This document shows positions 19,271 through 30,723 of a stretch of 64,000 nucleotides of DNA, piece by piece (the first letter of the stretch is position 1; each line of letters begins with the position of its first letter). The notes under the pieces were generated by a model. The model did no database searches, was not told where the DNA came from, and saw nothing but the letters and a program-made list of their open reading frames with translations. The DNA lies in contig JASGJH010000001.1 of NCBI GenBank assembly GCA_047601445.1, positions 8,896,001 through 8,960,000 on the forward strand. The letters run 5' to 3'. Both the position numbers and the translations under genes were made by a program. Source of the DNA: Myxococcales bacterium. GTDB lineage: Bacteria > Myxococcota_A > Polyangia > Polyangiales > DASUME01.

Positions 19271-21721
19271 CTAGAACGTTCCGCGCACGCCCATGATGGG
19301 CATCGTGATCGGGAAGCCCACGTACTCCACCTTGCACCTGGACTCGTTGCAGGACCAGGACAAGGGCTCGCGCTGGAACGTGAAGTTCAGCCAGTCGAGG
19401 GTGAAGCGTAGCTCGCCCCAGGGCTTGGCCCAGACGCGAGAGATGTTGAGATCGCCGCGGAAAAACGGGGGAAGGCGAGCCCGCTGACGCGGGTCGATCT
19501 CGGTGGTGGCGCCCAGCGGAAAGCGGCCGCTCTGGGCATAGCCGCGCAGCGAGACGCTCCAGCGTGGAGAGGCGCGCCAGCGGAGTACCAGGTTGGCTAC
19601 GTGACGCACGTCGAAGTTGGGCACCAGGCGCTTTCCATCCTCGGTATGACCATCGGCCTTGGAGAGCGTGTAGGCCAGCCAGCCGGAGAGCTTCTCCTCG
19701 TAGTCGCGACGGATCATCAATTCGTTGCCGTAGGCGCGCGCCGACATGCGGGCCAGCCCGTCGGACTCTCGGCAGGTCTCCGGAGGTTGGACGGGGGGAG
19801 GTTGCTCCGGAGGAACTTCGAGGGCTTGTCCTTGTGCGGGTGGAGCGGGTGCAGGGACCGGAACGCCCTGTGAATCGCTGCTCGTCGTGCAGTTGCTGCC
19901 TTTGATGGCGGTGTCGAAGGTGATCATCTCGCTGTAAAAATGAGCGAACAGCTTGCTTTCGATGCGGAACGAGCCTGGCAAATCGAGTCCGGCGCCCACC
20001 TCCGTCTGCACGGCGCGTTGGAGGCCACGGTCCAACGCCACGTCGGAGATACCCGGCAACGGGATCAAGAACACGGCCGGTTGGTACGCCAGGCCTGCCG
20101 CCGCGTGCACCGTCAATGCGTCGGTCGCGAACCAGCGCACCACACCGCGAGGTTCCAGCGCGCGCTGCATCTTGGAGCCCGTCAGCCAGATGTCACCGCG
20201 CAATCCACCCTCGAACTCAAGCCGAGGCAAGATGGGCATGCGCAGCTCCACGTAGCCGCCGAGCACGTTGCGCCCCGTGGCCGACTGATAGAGCGGGTTG
20301 CGCTTCTGCAGCATCTGTTGGTCGGGGTCGTCGTTGTTGGCGAGAGGGTTCTGGATGCGGCCCGACGTGGCCAGCGTGTCTGCGCCCAGCCGTAGGCGCG
20401 CCTTCGAGATCGGCAGGGCCAGCCAGAGCTTGGAGCCCATGCGATAGGCGCGGACCGCGAACTCCTCGGACATGATGCTGTGCTCGATGCCACCGGTGAC
20501 GGCGGTGCCGATCTCGAGCTCGTCCACGCGTTTGACTAGACGTGCATCCAGGCGATGAAACTGCAGTTCCAAGTCGCGGTGCGTGCGCCCCTCGTAGTGT
20601 TGGCCGACGAAGTCGTAGGAACCGAGCGCCACTAGCTGAGCTTCCGTGGTGGCCGACAGTGGGAGCACCGCGCGCAGCTGATAATCCCAGTACTGCACTC
20701 TCGCTCGCGAGTCGAAGAGCATCGCGACCAGACCTGGATAGCCGTAGCGTCCGCCAATCTCGATGCGCCCGCGCTTGCCGAACGGCTTCGCCAAATAGGC
20801 CTGCATGTCGACCAGGCGAATCTCGAGCTCTCCATGAACCCCAGGCTTGAGCGGTCGAAAGGCCGCCTTGCCCGCCACCACGCCGCCGGTCTTGCGTCCG
20901 TAGCGCAGCGGCGCCACGCCCGGATAGAAGTCGATGGGGCCCACCATCGCGGGGTGCACCACCGCGGGCCCGAGCGCCATGTGGAACAGCGCGGGCATCT
21001 GGATGTCATCGTAGAAGTAGGCGGTCGCGGAGGGTGGAGCGCCGCGCACGTAGACGTAGGGCACCCCCGACATCACGGGCACCACGCCCGGCAAGGCCTC
21101 GATGGCACGAAACGGATCCCCGAACGCGCCGGGTGTTTCTCGTACTTGCTCCAGGCTCAGGCCGTGAGCCGTGGGATTCGGGCGCGAGACGGTGCCCTGC
21201 GCGCCGTACTCGGGGGCGGCGGGTGCAGCCGGCAGGGCAGGAGTCTCCGCCGTCGTCGTCGGGCTGGTCGTGCTGGGGGCTGGTGCCGTACCTACGGGGG
21301 CTTGCGACGTCGGCGCCCGAAGCAGGGGAAAGCGCACGCGCACGCGCGCCGGGCTGGCCCTTCCGTCCACCTGCGCCGGCAAGAACTCGGACTCCACGAG
21401 CGCCGCTGCGATGGCGTCGCAAGCGGCTCCGGGCAACTCGCATGGTTCGAGCTGGGCTCTGCCGTCGCGGCCCACCACGATGCCGACCTCCACGAACTCC
21501 TGCTCAGGGAAGGGCACGTCAGCAGGCCACAGCGCGCCCGCGATGTACACGGCGCGCGGCGGCTGGGGGCCCGACCTCTCACCCTCGTCGCTCTCCGCCG
21601 CAGGGCCTGCGTCGACCCACCCCTCGTCCCCGCGCACGCCCGCGTCGTCCTGCGCACGCACCACGCCCGCCCAGGATAAGGCACACAGCAAAAGAGTTAG
21701 AACCCCGGGGAGGAGAAGCAC
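19271..21721 (-). CDS. TonB-dependent receptor with N-terminal TonB-C-like domain
   Basis: Signal peptide; plug motifs PGAFGDPFRAI..LPGV and YVRG; barrel strands GWLAYTLS; C-terminal aromatic GTF. Confidence 0.82.
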   Translation of the reverse strand: MLLLPGVLTLLLCALSWAGVVRAQDDAGVRGDEGWVDAGPAAESDEGERSGPQPPRAVYIAGALWPADVPFPEQEFVEVGIVVGRDGRAQLEPCELPGAACDAIAAALVESEFLPAQVDGRASPARVRVRFPLLRAPTSQAPVGTAPAPSTTSPTTTAETPALPAAPAAPEYGAQGTVSRPNPTAHGLSLEQVRETPGAFGDPFRAIEALPGVVPVMSGVPYVYVRGAPPSATAYFYDDIQMPALFHMALGPAVVHPAMVGPIDFYPGVAPLRYGRKTGGVVAGKAAFRPLKPGVHGELEIRLVDMQAYLAKPFGKRGRIEIGGRYGYPGLVAMLFDSRARVQYWDYQLRAVLPLSATTEAQLVALGSYDFVGQHYEGRTHRDLELQFHRLDARLVKRVDELEIGTAVTGGIEHSIMSEEFAVRAYRMGSKLWLALPISKARLRLGADTLATSGRIQNPLANNDDPDQQMLQKRNPLYQSATGRNVLGGYVELRMPILPRLEFEGGLRGDIWLTGSKMQRALEPRGVVRWFATDALTVHAAAGLAYQPAVFLIPLPGISDVALDRGLQRAVQTEVGAGLDLPGSFRIESKLFAHFYSEMITFDTAIKGSNCTTSSDSQGVPVPAPAPPAQGQALEVPPEQPPPVQPPETCRESDGLARMSARAYGNELMIRRDYEEKLSGWLAYTLSKADGHTEDGKRLVPNFDVRHVANLVLRWRASPRWSVSLRGYAQSGRFPLGATTEIDPRQRARLPPFFRGDLNISRVWAKPWGELRFTLDWLNFTFQREPLSWSCNESRCKVEYVGFPITMPIMGVRGTF

Positions 21722-21760
21722 GGGTCGCTCGAGGGCGGCATCCTATCAGGCCCCCGCGGA

Positions 21761-22603
21761 TCAGGTAGCGATGGATGCGCAGACATAGTCGGGGATCACC
21801 CCGGAAGCATCGATCAGCAACTGGTAGTTGTCTTTGGCGGTGTTGCCCGAAAGAGTGAGCACCGTATCGATGCCGAACTTGTTGCCCCCCCGAATGTCCG
21901 TCTCGAGCGTGTCGCCCACCATCAGGATGTCCTTGCGCCGCACCCCCGGCGTAATGGCGCTGGCGCGGGCGAAGCTGTACGAGAACATGTAGGCATCGGG
22001 CTTGCCGAACCGCACGAACTGCTTGCCGAGAATGCTCTCGATCAGGTCAGCGATGCCCCCGACGGCCACCGCGACGTCGTTGCCGTGCGTGGGGTAGACC
22101 TTGTCTGCGTTGGCCACGACCACGGGCACCGTGCGATGGCGCAGCAGGTTGATCGCACGGTTGATGTCGGGCTGCCAGTCGAAGCCTTCGTCGTCGAGCA
22201 GGGCCACCGCGCCGATCTGCGTGTTCTCGTCGCAGCGGTTGAGCGGGATGGGGCTCAGGCCTGCCGACTCGATGTAGTAGGCCGAGTCTGCCTTGCCGAG
22301 GTAGGCGACCTGACCGGTCTTCACCTTGGAGCGCAGGAAATCGCGCGCGAGGAGGCCAGAGCTGACCACCCGGTCCTCCGGAAATAGTTCACCGAACTCT
22401 GGGTGCAGGTAGAGCTGGCCCATCTTGCGCGGGGAGCGCGAGGAGTCGTTGGTAACGATGAAGAGCTCCTTGCCCGAGCGCTTGAGGTCGGCGAGCACGT
22501 CCAGCACGCCGTCGATGACGCCCTCGAAGTTCTTGAGCACCCCGTAGGCATCGAAGAAGATGACGGAGTAGTTCTCGGCCAGGGCACGAAACGATTGCAA
22601 CAT
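21761..22603 (-). CDS. HAD-IIA family hydrolase (NagD-like)
   Basis: FFDAYGVL, VTNDSS, FGKPD, MVGDTLETDI.GG. Confidence 0.88.
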   Translation of the reverse strand: MLQSFRALAENYSVIFFDAYGVLKNFEGVIDGVLDVLADLKRSGKELFIVTNDSSRSPRKMGQLYLHPEFGELFPEDRVVSSGLLARDFLRSKVKTGQVAYLGKADSAYYIESAGLSPIPLNRCDENTQIGAVALLDDEGFDWQPDINRAINLLRHRTVPVVVANADKVYPTHGNDVAVAVGGIADLIESILGKQFVRFGKPDAYMFSYSFARASAITPGVRRKDILMVGDTLETDIRGGNKFGIDTVLTLSGNTAKDNYQLLIDASGVIPDYVCASIAT

Positions 22604-22691
22604 GCGGCAAGTGTATGCGCTCTCGCGCCGTGCCGCAGGTTTCGCGGACCGCACGGGTAGGCGCTGCTCGCCGGGCCTCCGGGGGCGGGAC

Positions 22692-23387
22692 TCAGGGACG
22701 AGGCGGCGGGTTCGACAGGTGGCCGACGTGCCGGATGTCCTTGCCCTTGACCATGAAGACCACGAGCTCGGCCAGGTTGGTGCTGTGATCGGCGATGCGC
22801 TCGAGCCACTTGGCCACGGACTGGATGTGGATGCCGCGCTGAATGGCCGATGAGTCGCGCATCATCATCTGCAGGATGTCGCGGAAGATCTGGTGGTAGA
22901 GCTCGTCGACCTCGTCGTCGCGGGCGATGACCTCCTCGGCCTTGCGGTCGTCCGCATGCACGAAGGCGTCGATGGCGTCGCGCACCATGCTCTGCACCAG
23001 GTCGGCGGTGCGAACGATGTCGTCGTAGCTCCGCAGGGGGGGCTCGGCCGAAAGGTCGATGGCGCGCTCGCAGATGTTCACTGCCAAGTCCCCGATGCGC
23101 TCGAGGTCGGTCACCATCTTGAGGGCGAGCGTGATGAAGCGCAGGTCGCTGCCCATGGGCTGGCGCTTGGCGAGGATGACGAGGCAGAGCTCATCCGTCT
23201 CTACTTCGCCCTGATTCACTTTGTGATCGTTCTCGATGGTGCGCCGCGCCAGGTTCACATCGCGCTCGACCATGGCCTTGACCGCGCTCGCAATCATGGC
23301 TTCCACGTGACCGGCCATCAGCAAGAGCTTGTCGCGCACTTGCCGGAGCTGGTTGTCGTATTCGCGATCGATGTGGGCGCGCGTCAT
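22692..23387 (-). CDS. phoU: Phosphate signalling protein PhoU
   Basis: QPMGSDLR, DLERIGD, DDEVDEL, LERIADH. Confidence 0.96.
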   Translation of the reverse strand: MTRAHIDREYDNQLRQVRDKLLLMAGHVEAMIASAVKAMVERDVNLARRTIENDHKVNQGEVETDELCLVILAKRQPMGSDLRFITLALKMVTDLERIGDLAVNICERAIDLSAEPPLRSYDDIVRTADLVQSMVRDAIDAFVHADDRKAEEVIARDDEVDELYHQIFRDILQMMMRDSSAIQRGIHIQSVAKWLERIADHSTNLAELVVFMVKGKDIRHVGHLSNPPPRP

Positions 23388-23462
23388 GACACTTCCCTAA
23401 ACGGACTCGAACCAAATGAGTCTAACAGTTACCCGCTTCGACTGTGCTCTTTTTGCAACGGA

Positions 23463-24251
23463 TCAGCCGAATTTTCCGGTGATGTAGTCCTCGGTTCGGG
23501 TGTCCTTCGGCTTGGTGAAAATGGTGTTCGTGGGCCCGGCTTCAACCAGGTCACCCTGCAGGAAGAACGCGGTCTGGTCCGAGATACGCGCCGCCTGCTG
23601 CATGTTGTGCGTCACGACCACGATGGTGTAGCGCTCCTTGAGCTCATGGATCAGGTCCTCGATGCGGGCCGTCGCGATCGGATCCAGGGCCGAGCAAGGC
23701 TCGTCCATCAAGAGAACGTCGGGTTCCACCGCGAGGGCGCGGGCGATACACAGGCGTTGCTGCTGGCCGCCAGAGAGGCTGGTGCCCGCCGCGCTGAGAC
23801 GATCCTTGACGTCGTCCCAAAGTGCGGCCTGGCGGAGCGCGGACTCGACGATGCGCTCCGCCTCCTCCCGGCGATGGGTGTGGGTCAGGTACTTGCCAGC
23901 CAAGACGTTGTCGCGGATGGACATCGTCGGGAAAGGATTGGGCTTTTGGAACACCATTCCGACGCGGCGCCGCAGCAGCACCGGATCGACGTCGGTTTCG
24001 TAGACATTTTCGCCGTCCAGCTCCACACGCCCTTCGGCGCGGGCAGCGGACACGAGCTCGTGCATGCGGTTGAGGCAGCGCACGAAGGTGGACTTGCCGC
24101 AGCCAGAGGGACCGATGATGGCCGTGACCCCCTTGGCGTGGATATCGATGTCGATCCCGTGCAGGACTTCGTGGTTACCGAACCATGCGCGGAGGGCACG
24201 GATCACATACTTGGGGGCATTGCTCATGGGACTCTCGGGCACGATCATCAT
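23463..24251 (-). CDS. pstB: Phosphate ABC transporter ATPase
   Basis: [49 protein letters not shown]; start may be 24227. Confidence 0.96.
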   Translation of the reverse strand: MMIVPESPMSNAPKYVIRALRAWFGNHEVLHGIDIDIHAKGVTAIIGPSGCGKSTFVRCLNRMHELVSAARAEGRVELDGENVYETDVDPVLLRRRVGMVFQKPNPFPTMSIRDNVLAGKYLTHTHRREEAERIVESALRQAALWDDVKDRLSAAGTSLSGGQQQRLCIARALAVEPDVLLMDEPCSALDPIATARIEDLIHELKERYTIVVVTHNMQQAARISDQTAFFLQGDLVEAGPTNTIFTKPKDTRTEDYITGKFG

Positions 24252-24268
24252 GAAACGGCTCAGGCTTC

Positions 24269-25183
24269 TCAGTGGCGGTGGCTCCGTCTAGCCTGCATGC
24301 GGTCGCGCACCACGATGGCGGTCGCGTTGAGGATGAGCATCATGCACAGGAGCACGATGATGCCCGCCGCAGCGTTCACCAGGAACTCCTTCTGGGGCCG
24401 TGATACCCAGTTGAAGATCTGGATGGGGAGCGCCCCGAACGGGGCATCGATACCGTCGGGCAAGAACGTGACGTAGCTGAGGGCACCCACCACCACGAGC
24501 GGCGCGGTCTCTCCCATGGCGCGCGAGAGGGCCAGGATGGAACCGGTCAGGATGCCCGGCAGGGCTTCCGGAAGCACGACCTGGCGGATGGTCTGCCAGC
24601 GCGTGGCACCCAACGCCAGGCACGCCTCGCGCGTGGCCATGGACACCGTGCGCAGCGCCTCGCGCGAAGCGACCACCACGATGGGCAGCACCAGCAGCGC
24701 CAGGGTGGCGGCGCCCGCGATCAAGCTGCGCCCGAGCCCCAGGGTGCGCACGAACAGACCGAGGCCCAAGAGGCCGTAGATCACCGAGGGGACGCCCGCC
24801 AAGTTGGCGATGTTGACCTCGATGAGCAACGCCAGCCGACTCTTCTTGCCGTACTCCTCGAGGTACACGGCGGCGCCCACGCCCACGGGCAGGGCGATCA
24901 GGGCGGTCAGTACGATGAGGTACAGGGTGCCCACCGCGGCCGGCAAGATGCCCGCCAGGGCCGCCTTGCGGGAAGGAAAGCTGACCAAGAAGTCCCAGCC
25001 GAGCCGGGGCAGGCCATCGATGACCATCCGCACCAGCAGGCTCGCCAGCATCAGCACGGGTAGCAGCACCGCCGCCAGGCAGGCGCTCACGAACACGCGT
25101 TCGCGCAGCTTGTAGCCGCCGCGACTTGGGGCCTTGAGGCTCGACTTGCGGGCAAGGGGGGGCGTGGCTTCACGGATGGTCAT
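24269..25183 (-). CDS. pstA: Phosphate ABC transporter permease
   Basis: [30 protein letters not shown]. Confidence 0.95.
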   Translation of the reverse strand: MTIREATPPLARKSSLKAPSRGGYKLRERVFVSACLAAVLLPVLMLASLLVRMVIDGLPRLGWDFLVSFPSRKAALAGILPAAVGTLYLIVLTALIALPVGVGAAVYLEEYGKKSRLALLIEVNIANLAGVPSVIYGLLGLGLFVRTLGLGRSLIAGAATLALLVLPIVVVASREALRTVSMATREACLALGATRWQTIRQVVLPEALPGILTGSILALSRAMGETAPLVVVGALSYVTFLPDGIDAPFGALPIQIFNWVSRPQKEFLVNAAAGIIVLLCMMLILNATAIVVRDRMQARRSHRH

Positions 25184-25184
25184 G

Positions 25185-26125
<941 letters not shown>

Positions 26126-26129
<4 letters not shown>

Positions 26130-27175
26130 TTTCCCGACAGCAGGTCCGCCACCGTGACGCCCACGCGTGACCCCGACCCTGCAAACACCGAACCAGTCGT
26201 GCGTGCATCGAAGCGACCCGTCGCGAGCTGGTAGGTGTTCGCGGGCAGCGCGATGTAGCCGACCTCGTTGACGAGCTTGGTGCCCTGGCCGAGGTAGTAG
26301 TGCACGAAATCCTGCACTTCCTTGCGATCGGAGTTGCCACGACTCACGTAGATGAAGATCGGGCGCGCGAGGGGCTGATACGTGCCGTCCTCGATGGTCT
26401 TGGGCGACGGCGCGATCGGACCATCGCCGTTCTCCTTGTTGCCATCGTCGATCGACAGCAGTTTGAGCACGTTCTTGTTCTCTTCGTAGTAGGCGAACCC
26501 AAAGAAGCCGAGCGCCAGCTTGTCGGTGGAGATGCCCTTGACCAAGACGTTGTCGTCTTCGCTCGAGGTGTAGTCACCGCGGCTCTTGTGTTCTTCGCCC
26601 ACGACGGCCTTGGTGAAGTAATCGTAGGTGCCCGAGTCGACGCCAGCGCCGAACAGGTGAATCTCTTCTTCCGGCCAGCCCGCACGGATGTCCGCCCAGG
26701 TCTTCACCTTGCCCTGAGCCTCCGGGGCCCAGAGCTTCTTGAGCTCGTCCACCGTCATGGTGGTAGCCCAGGTGTTCTGAGGATTGACCACCACCGCGAT
26801 GCCGTCGTACGCGACTGGCAGTTCGATGTAGTCCACGCCGTTCGCCTTGCAGGCCTCGACTTCGCTCGGCTTGATGGGGCGCGACGCACCGGCGATCGCG
26901 ATCTCCTTGGCGCACAGCTTCTTGAAGCCGCCGCCAGTACCCGAGGCAGCCACCGTGACGCGCGCCGCGTGGGACTTCTGAAACTCCTCGGCCATGGCTT
27001 CGCTGATCGGGAACACCGTGCTCGATCCGTCGATTGCGATGGGGTTGGCAGCCTGGGCCGCGGGGGCCTCGGCGGCCTTGCTGCCGCTGGGTTCCGCCGA
27101 CTGTTCGGCGCGCTTCGAGCACGCGGGCAGAACGAGGCTCAAGGTGGCACCCAACAGGGCTGCGCCAGACTTCAT
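26126..27175 (-). CDS. pstS: Phosphate-binding lipoprotein
   Basis: Lipobox [34 protein letters not shown]. Confidence 0.95.
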
Positions 27176-27279
27176 GTCCACAGAAATTCCTCCAGCAAAG
27201 ATCGGCGATTCGTCGCCTGGCGGGGAGGCCTGGTCGGCACGTATCCACCCGCTTCCGCCCCAGAAGCTGGACGGGCTTT

Positions 27280-27297
27280 GTGACATTTTGATGACGG
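27280..27297 (-). promoter_or_regulatory. Pho box upstream of pstS
   Basis: Minus strand CCGTCAT-CAAA-ATGTCAC: two 7-mers at 11-bp spacing matching the CTGTCAT-N4-CTGTCAY consensus. Confidence 0.75.
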
Positions 27298-27420
27298 CAC
27301 CGTCACATGTCGCAACGCGGCGTTTGTCACACGAATGTCACCGTCGGGCGGCCTTCGCGTCACTTGTGTGACGCTTGGAAGGCGATTTTGCTTCGTTCGC
27401 GTCGCTTGACGCCCCCGAAG

Positions 27421-28650
27421 CTACTCGGCTGCGGCGGCTTCTTGCGCCACGAACACCTCGAGCAGGCTCTCCTCGGCGGGCACGCCTACTCGGAGGGGGA
27501 AGCCGTAGTGGCCGGTCCCCCGGTGGACGTAGAGCCGGTCCCTGCCCCGGGCCCAAAGCCCATGATCCGGCATGCTGGTGGCGGCGCTTACGATCGTCGA
27601 GGACAGGCCCAGACTCAACAAGCCGAGGTGTCCCCCATGCGTATGGCCACTGAACACCAGGTCCGCGTCACCCTCCGGAATGGCCTGGAAGGCCCCCGGG
27701 TCGTGCAGCAGCCACAGGCGTAGGACCCCCGGCGAACGCGGGTAAGCCAGCGACAGCGCGCGCAGGGCTTCGTTGCGCCCCTGCCAACGATGGTCAGCGC
27801 CGACCAGCTGGACCTTGCCCCAGGCCAGCTCCACCTCCACGGCCCGGTCCTGCAGCAACTCCACCGAGGCGCGGGTCAGGGCTTCTTTAACCAGCTCGGG
27901 GCATTCGTGGTCGTGGTTGCCGAAGCAGGCGAAGACGCGTCCTCGCATGGCGCTCAACGGAGCCAGCGCACGCGCGAGAGGATCGGGGCTGTGCTGGCTC
28001 TCGAAGGTGAGGAAATCGCCCGTGAGTAAGATCAGGTCGGGGGCGTCCTCGACGGCCCGCTCGCAGATGCCTCGGAGGCGCTCCTCGCTCATGAACGGGC
28101 CGAGATGGGGATCGGTGATTTGCACGATGCGCAGCGGGGCTGGGCCTCCCTGCAGCTTGGCCAACCAACCCCGCAGGCGCTGGCGATGCCGCCCCAGTGG
28201 GCCCGCGTCGACGCCGTCGAGCACGATACTTCGCCGCTCCTTGCGCGTGAAAATCGACTGGGCGAAGCCGAAGCCCGCGACCGCGAAGGGCAGCCAGGGG
28301 AGCCAGGGCGAGAAGCCGAGCGCTCGCGTTACGGCCCAGGGCAGCGCCAAGAACACGGCGGCGGAGAACCAAGACGCAGGCCAGGTGACCAGGGTTCGAT
28401 ACCAAGCGCCGGGGGCATAACGGCGCGAGAGCCGCGAAAAATAAAGGTAGGTCGCGAACTGGGAGTACCAAACCAGCCCTTCCACGGGCTTGCCGTAGGC
28501 GCTTAGCAGGGGCTCGAGCAGCGTGGAATTCAGCGTGTGGATGCCCAAAATCACTGCTGAAAACACCGCGATGAAGCGATTCCGGCGAGTCAGGGCCACC
28601 GCCAGGATGGCGCCGTAGGCGGCCAGGGACGCCAGCAGAAAAGGACGCAT
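27421..28650 (-). CDS. Membrane-anchored metallophosphoesterase (YkuE-like)
   Basis: TM N-terminus; TDPHLG, TGD, GNHD, HDP, SGHTHGG. Confidence 0.88.
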   Translation of the reverse strand: MRPFLLASLAAYGAILAVALTRRNRFIAVFSAVILGIHTLNSTLLEPLLSAYGKPVEGLVWYSQFATYLYFSRLSRRYAPGAWYRTLVTWPASWFSAAVFLALPWAVTRALGFSPWLPWLPFAVAGFGFAQSIFTRKERRSIVLDGVDAGPLGRHRQRLRGWLAKLQGGPAPLRIVQITDPHLGPFMSEERLRGICERAVEDAPDLILLTGDFLTFESQHSPDPLARALAPLSAMRGRVFACFGNHDHECPELVKEALTRASVELLQDRAVEVELAWGKVQLVGADHRWQGRNEALRALSLAYPRSPGVLRLWLLHDPGAFQAIPEGDADLVFSGHTHGGHLGLLSLGLSSTIVSAATSMPDHGLWARGRDRLYVHRGTGHYGFPLRVGVPAEESLLEVFVAQEAAAAE

Positions 28651-28696
28651 CCGCTCACTCCTAGCCATCGCGGGCCGCATTGCCAAGTCAGCGCCG

Positions 28697-28713
28697 CTGA
28701 TACTATGTTCAGG
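28697..28713 (+). promoter_or_regulatory. Putative Myxococcus-type LexA box overlapping an extended -10 element
   Basis: CTGATACTATGTTCAGG versus the M. xanthus consensus CTRHAMRYBYGTTCAGS (3 mismatches, in the spacer/left part); contains TGnTACTAT; directly before dinB. Confidence 0.6.
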
Positions 28714-28715
28714 CG

Positions 28716-29792
28716 GTGGAAGAGAGGCCGCGCAAGATCATCCACGTCGACATGGACGCCTTCTACGCGTCCGTGGAGCAGCGCGATCGACCCGAGCTGA
28801 GGGGACGCCCAGTGATCGTCGGGGGACGGCCTGGCATGCGCGGAGTCGTCGCAGCCTGCAGCTACGAGGCGCGTGCGTTCGGGGTGCGTTCGGCCATGCC
28901 CACCACGCGGGCCGAGCGGCTGTGCCCGGACGCGGTGTTCGTACGGCCGCGCATGGATCGCTACGTGGGCGTGAGTCGGGAGGTGCGCCAGATCTTCCGG
29001 CAGGTCACCGACCGCGTGGAGCCGTTGTCGCTGGACGAAGCCTACCTGGATGTCACCGAAAACAAGTTGAGCGAACCTTCCGCTGGCAAGCTCGCGCGGC
29101 ACCTCAAGGAAGAGATCAAGCAGCGCACCGGGCTCACCGCGTCAGCTGGGGTCGGCCCGAGCAAGCTGGTGGCCAAGATCGCGAGCGACGTAAACAAGCC
29201 CGACGGCTTCCTGGTGGTTCGGCCCGAGGATGTGGCTGCGTTTTTGGCCCCCTTGCCGGTCAGCCGCCTGTGGGGCGTTGGTCCCAAGACCGCGGAGCGC
29301 CTGGCGGAGCTCAACATCAAGACCGTCGAGGACGTGCGGAGGGCCGACATCGGCACGCTGACGCAGCGTCTGGGCAGATATGGGGCCTATCTCCTGGCGC
29401 AGGCATGGGGTGACGACGATCGCACCGTGGAGTCCGAGCGCGAGGCCAAGAGTCGTGGCAGCGAGACCACGTTCCTGGAAGACGAATGGAGCGTGAGTGC
29501 CCTGTGCCACACGTTGCAGGGCTTGAGCGAGCAGGTCTCGGCCGAGCTCGTCTCCATGGAGACAAGGGCGCGCACGGTGACGCTCAAGCTGCGCTACGCG
29601 GACTTCACCACCATCACGCGCAGTCGCTCCGTGCCGCGCCCACTCCAGGACGCCGCTTCCATCTACGAGATCGCCAAGGATCTCTTGGTCACGGCAACGC
29701 AGGCCGGCAGCCAGGCGGTGCGCTTGATCGGGGTCTCGGTGAGCACGCTGCAGCGCCCCGGAGCGCCCGAGCAACTGTTTCTCCCCTGGTAG
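28716..29792 (+). CDS. dinB: DNA polymerase IV
   Basis: IIHVDMDAFYASVE, CSYEAR.FGVRSAMP, SLDEAYLD, AKIASD.NKPDG. Confidence 0.96.
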   Translation: MEERPRKIIHVDMDAFYASVEQRDRPELRGRPVIVGGRPGMRGVVAACSYEARAFGVRSAMPTTRAERLCPDAVFVRPRMDRYVGVSREVRQIFRQVTDRVEPLSLDEAYLDVTENKLSEPSAGKLARHLKEEIKQRTGLTASAGVGPSKLVAKIASDVNKPDGFLVVRPEDVAAFLAPLPVSRLWGVGPKTAERLAELNIKTVEDVRRADIGTLTQRLGRYGAYLLAQAWGDDDRTVESEREAKSRGSETTFLEDEWSVSALCHTLQGLSEQVSAELVSMETRARTVTLKLRYADFTTITRSRSVPRPLQDAASIYEIAKDLLVTATQAGSQAVRLIGVSVSTLQRPGAPEQLFLPW

Positions 29793-29886
29793 CGGCGCGC
29801 TGGGGAAGAACGCCCCAGCGGCGGAGCGCTGGCCTGCGCGCCGGAAATTTCGTCCGGCGGTCGGAGCAGGGTAGAGGGGGAAGGCA

Positions 29887-30723
29887 GTGCGGTGCCTTGG
29901 CTTAGCTTTCCTCCTCCTTTTGACCGCAGCAGCGTCGACCGCACGGGCGCAGCTCACCACGTTGCGCGAGCACGCGCGGCAAATGGACACCGGCAACTTC
30001 GCGGTTAGTACCGACCTCAACACCTTCATGGGCGAGGTGCACAGCTCCGGGTACGCCTTTTTTCAGCCCACCGTCGGAACCGCCTTCAGGCTCTACGAAG
30101 CGGTATTCGAGGCAGCCCTCCCGTTCGCGTACTTTCACGAGAACAACGATCCGGGCGCCGACCACAACCAGTTTGCCCTCGGCAACCCATGGTTCGCGCT
30201 CTCGTTTCTGCCGGACACCCAGTGTGGCTTGTCGCGGCTGAGCCTGGGCATCGCGCCGGACCTCGTGCGCGCCAAGGATGCCCGCGACCGCATGGCGAAC
30301 ACGTTGGCGCGCGCCGCCACCGGCGATTGGGATGGCTATTTGTGGCTCGACCACACGCTACCGCTCGTGTTCGGCGCGAGCACGCGTAAGGAGCGCGGCA
30401 TGTGGCGCATCGGCTGGGACGCGGACCTGGTACTAGGCCTGCCTGGCAACGGCCGCCAGACGGAGTTCGGCGCGCAGACGGCCGGCGAGTTCGCGCTGCT
30501 GTTCGGTTGGGACGTCTCGCTCGGCACGCGCCTGTCAGCGGCGTACTATCCCACCTTCGATGGCGACACGTTTCAGTCCGCGCTCACCACCTACCTGCGA
30601 TACGCGCGCATCAATGACGCCTTTGGAGCGCGCTTCGTGCTGAATCTCGACGGGCCTGCGGGCTTCTCGTTCAGCGACAACGGTATCTGGGGCGCCGCGC
30701 TGTTTTACTCGACCTCGCTGTGA
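29887..30723 (+). CDS. Hypothetical exported protein, probable outer-membrane beta-barrel
   Basis: Signal peptide (ASTARA-Q); alternating aromatic-rich strands; C-terminal WGAALFYSTSL. Confidence 0.6.
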   Translation: MRCLGLAFLLLLTAAASTARAQLTTLREHARQMDTGNFAVSTDLNTFMGEVHSSGYAFFQPTVGTAFRLYEAVFEAALPFAYFHENNDPGADHNQFALGNPWFALSFLPDTQCGLSRLSLGIAPDLVRAKDARDRMANTLARAATGDWDGYLWLDHTLPLVFGASTRKERGMWRIGWDADLVLGLPGNGRQTEFGAQTAGEFALLFGWDVSLGTRLSAAYYPTFDGDTFQSALTTYLRYARINDAFGARFVLNLDGPAGFSFSDNGIWGAALFYSTSL

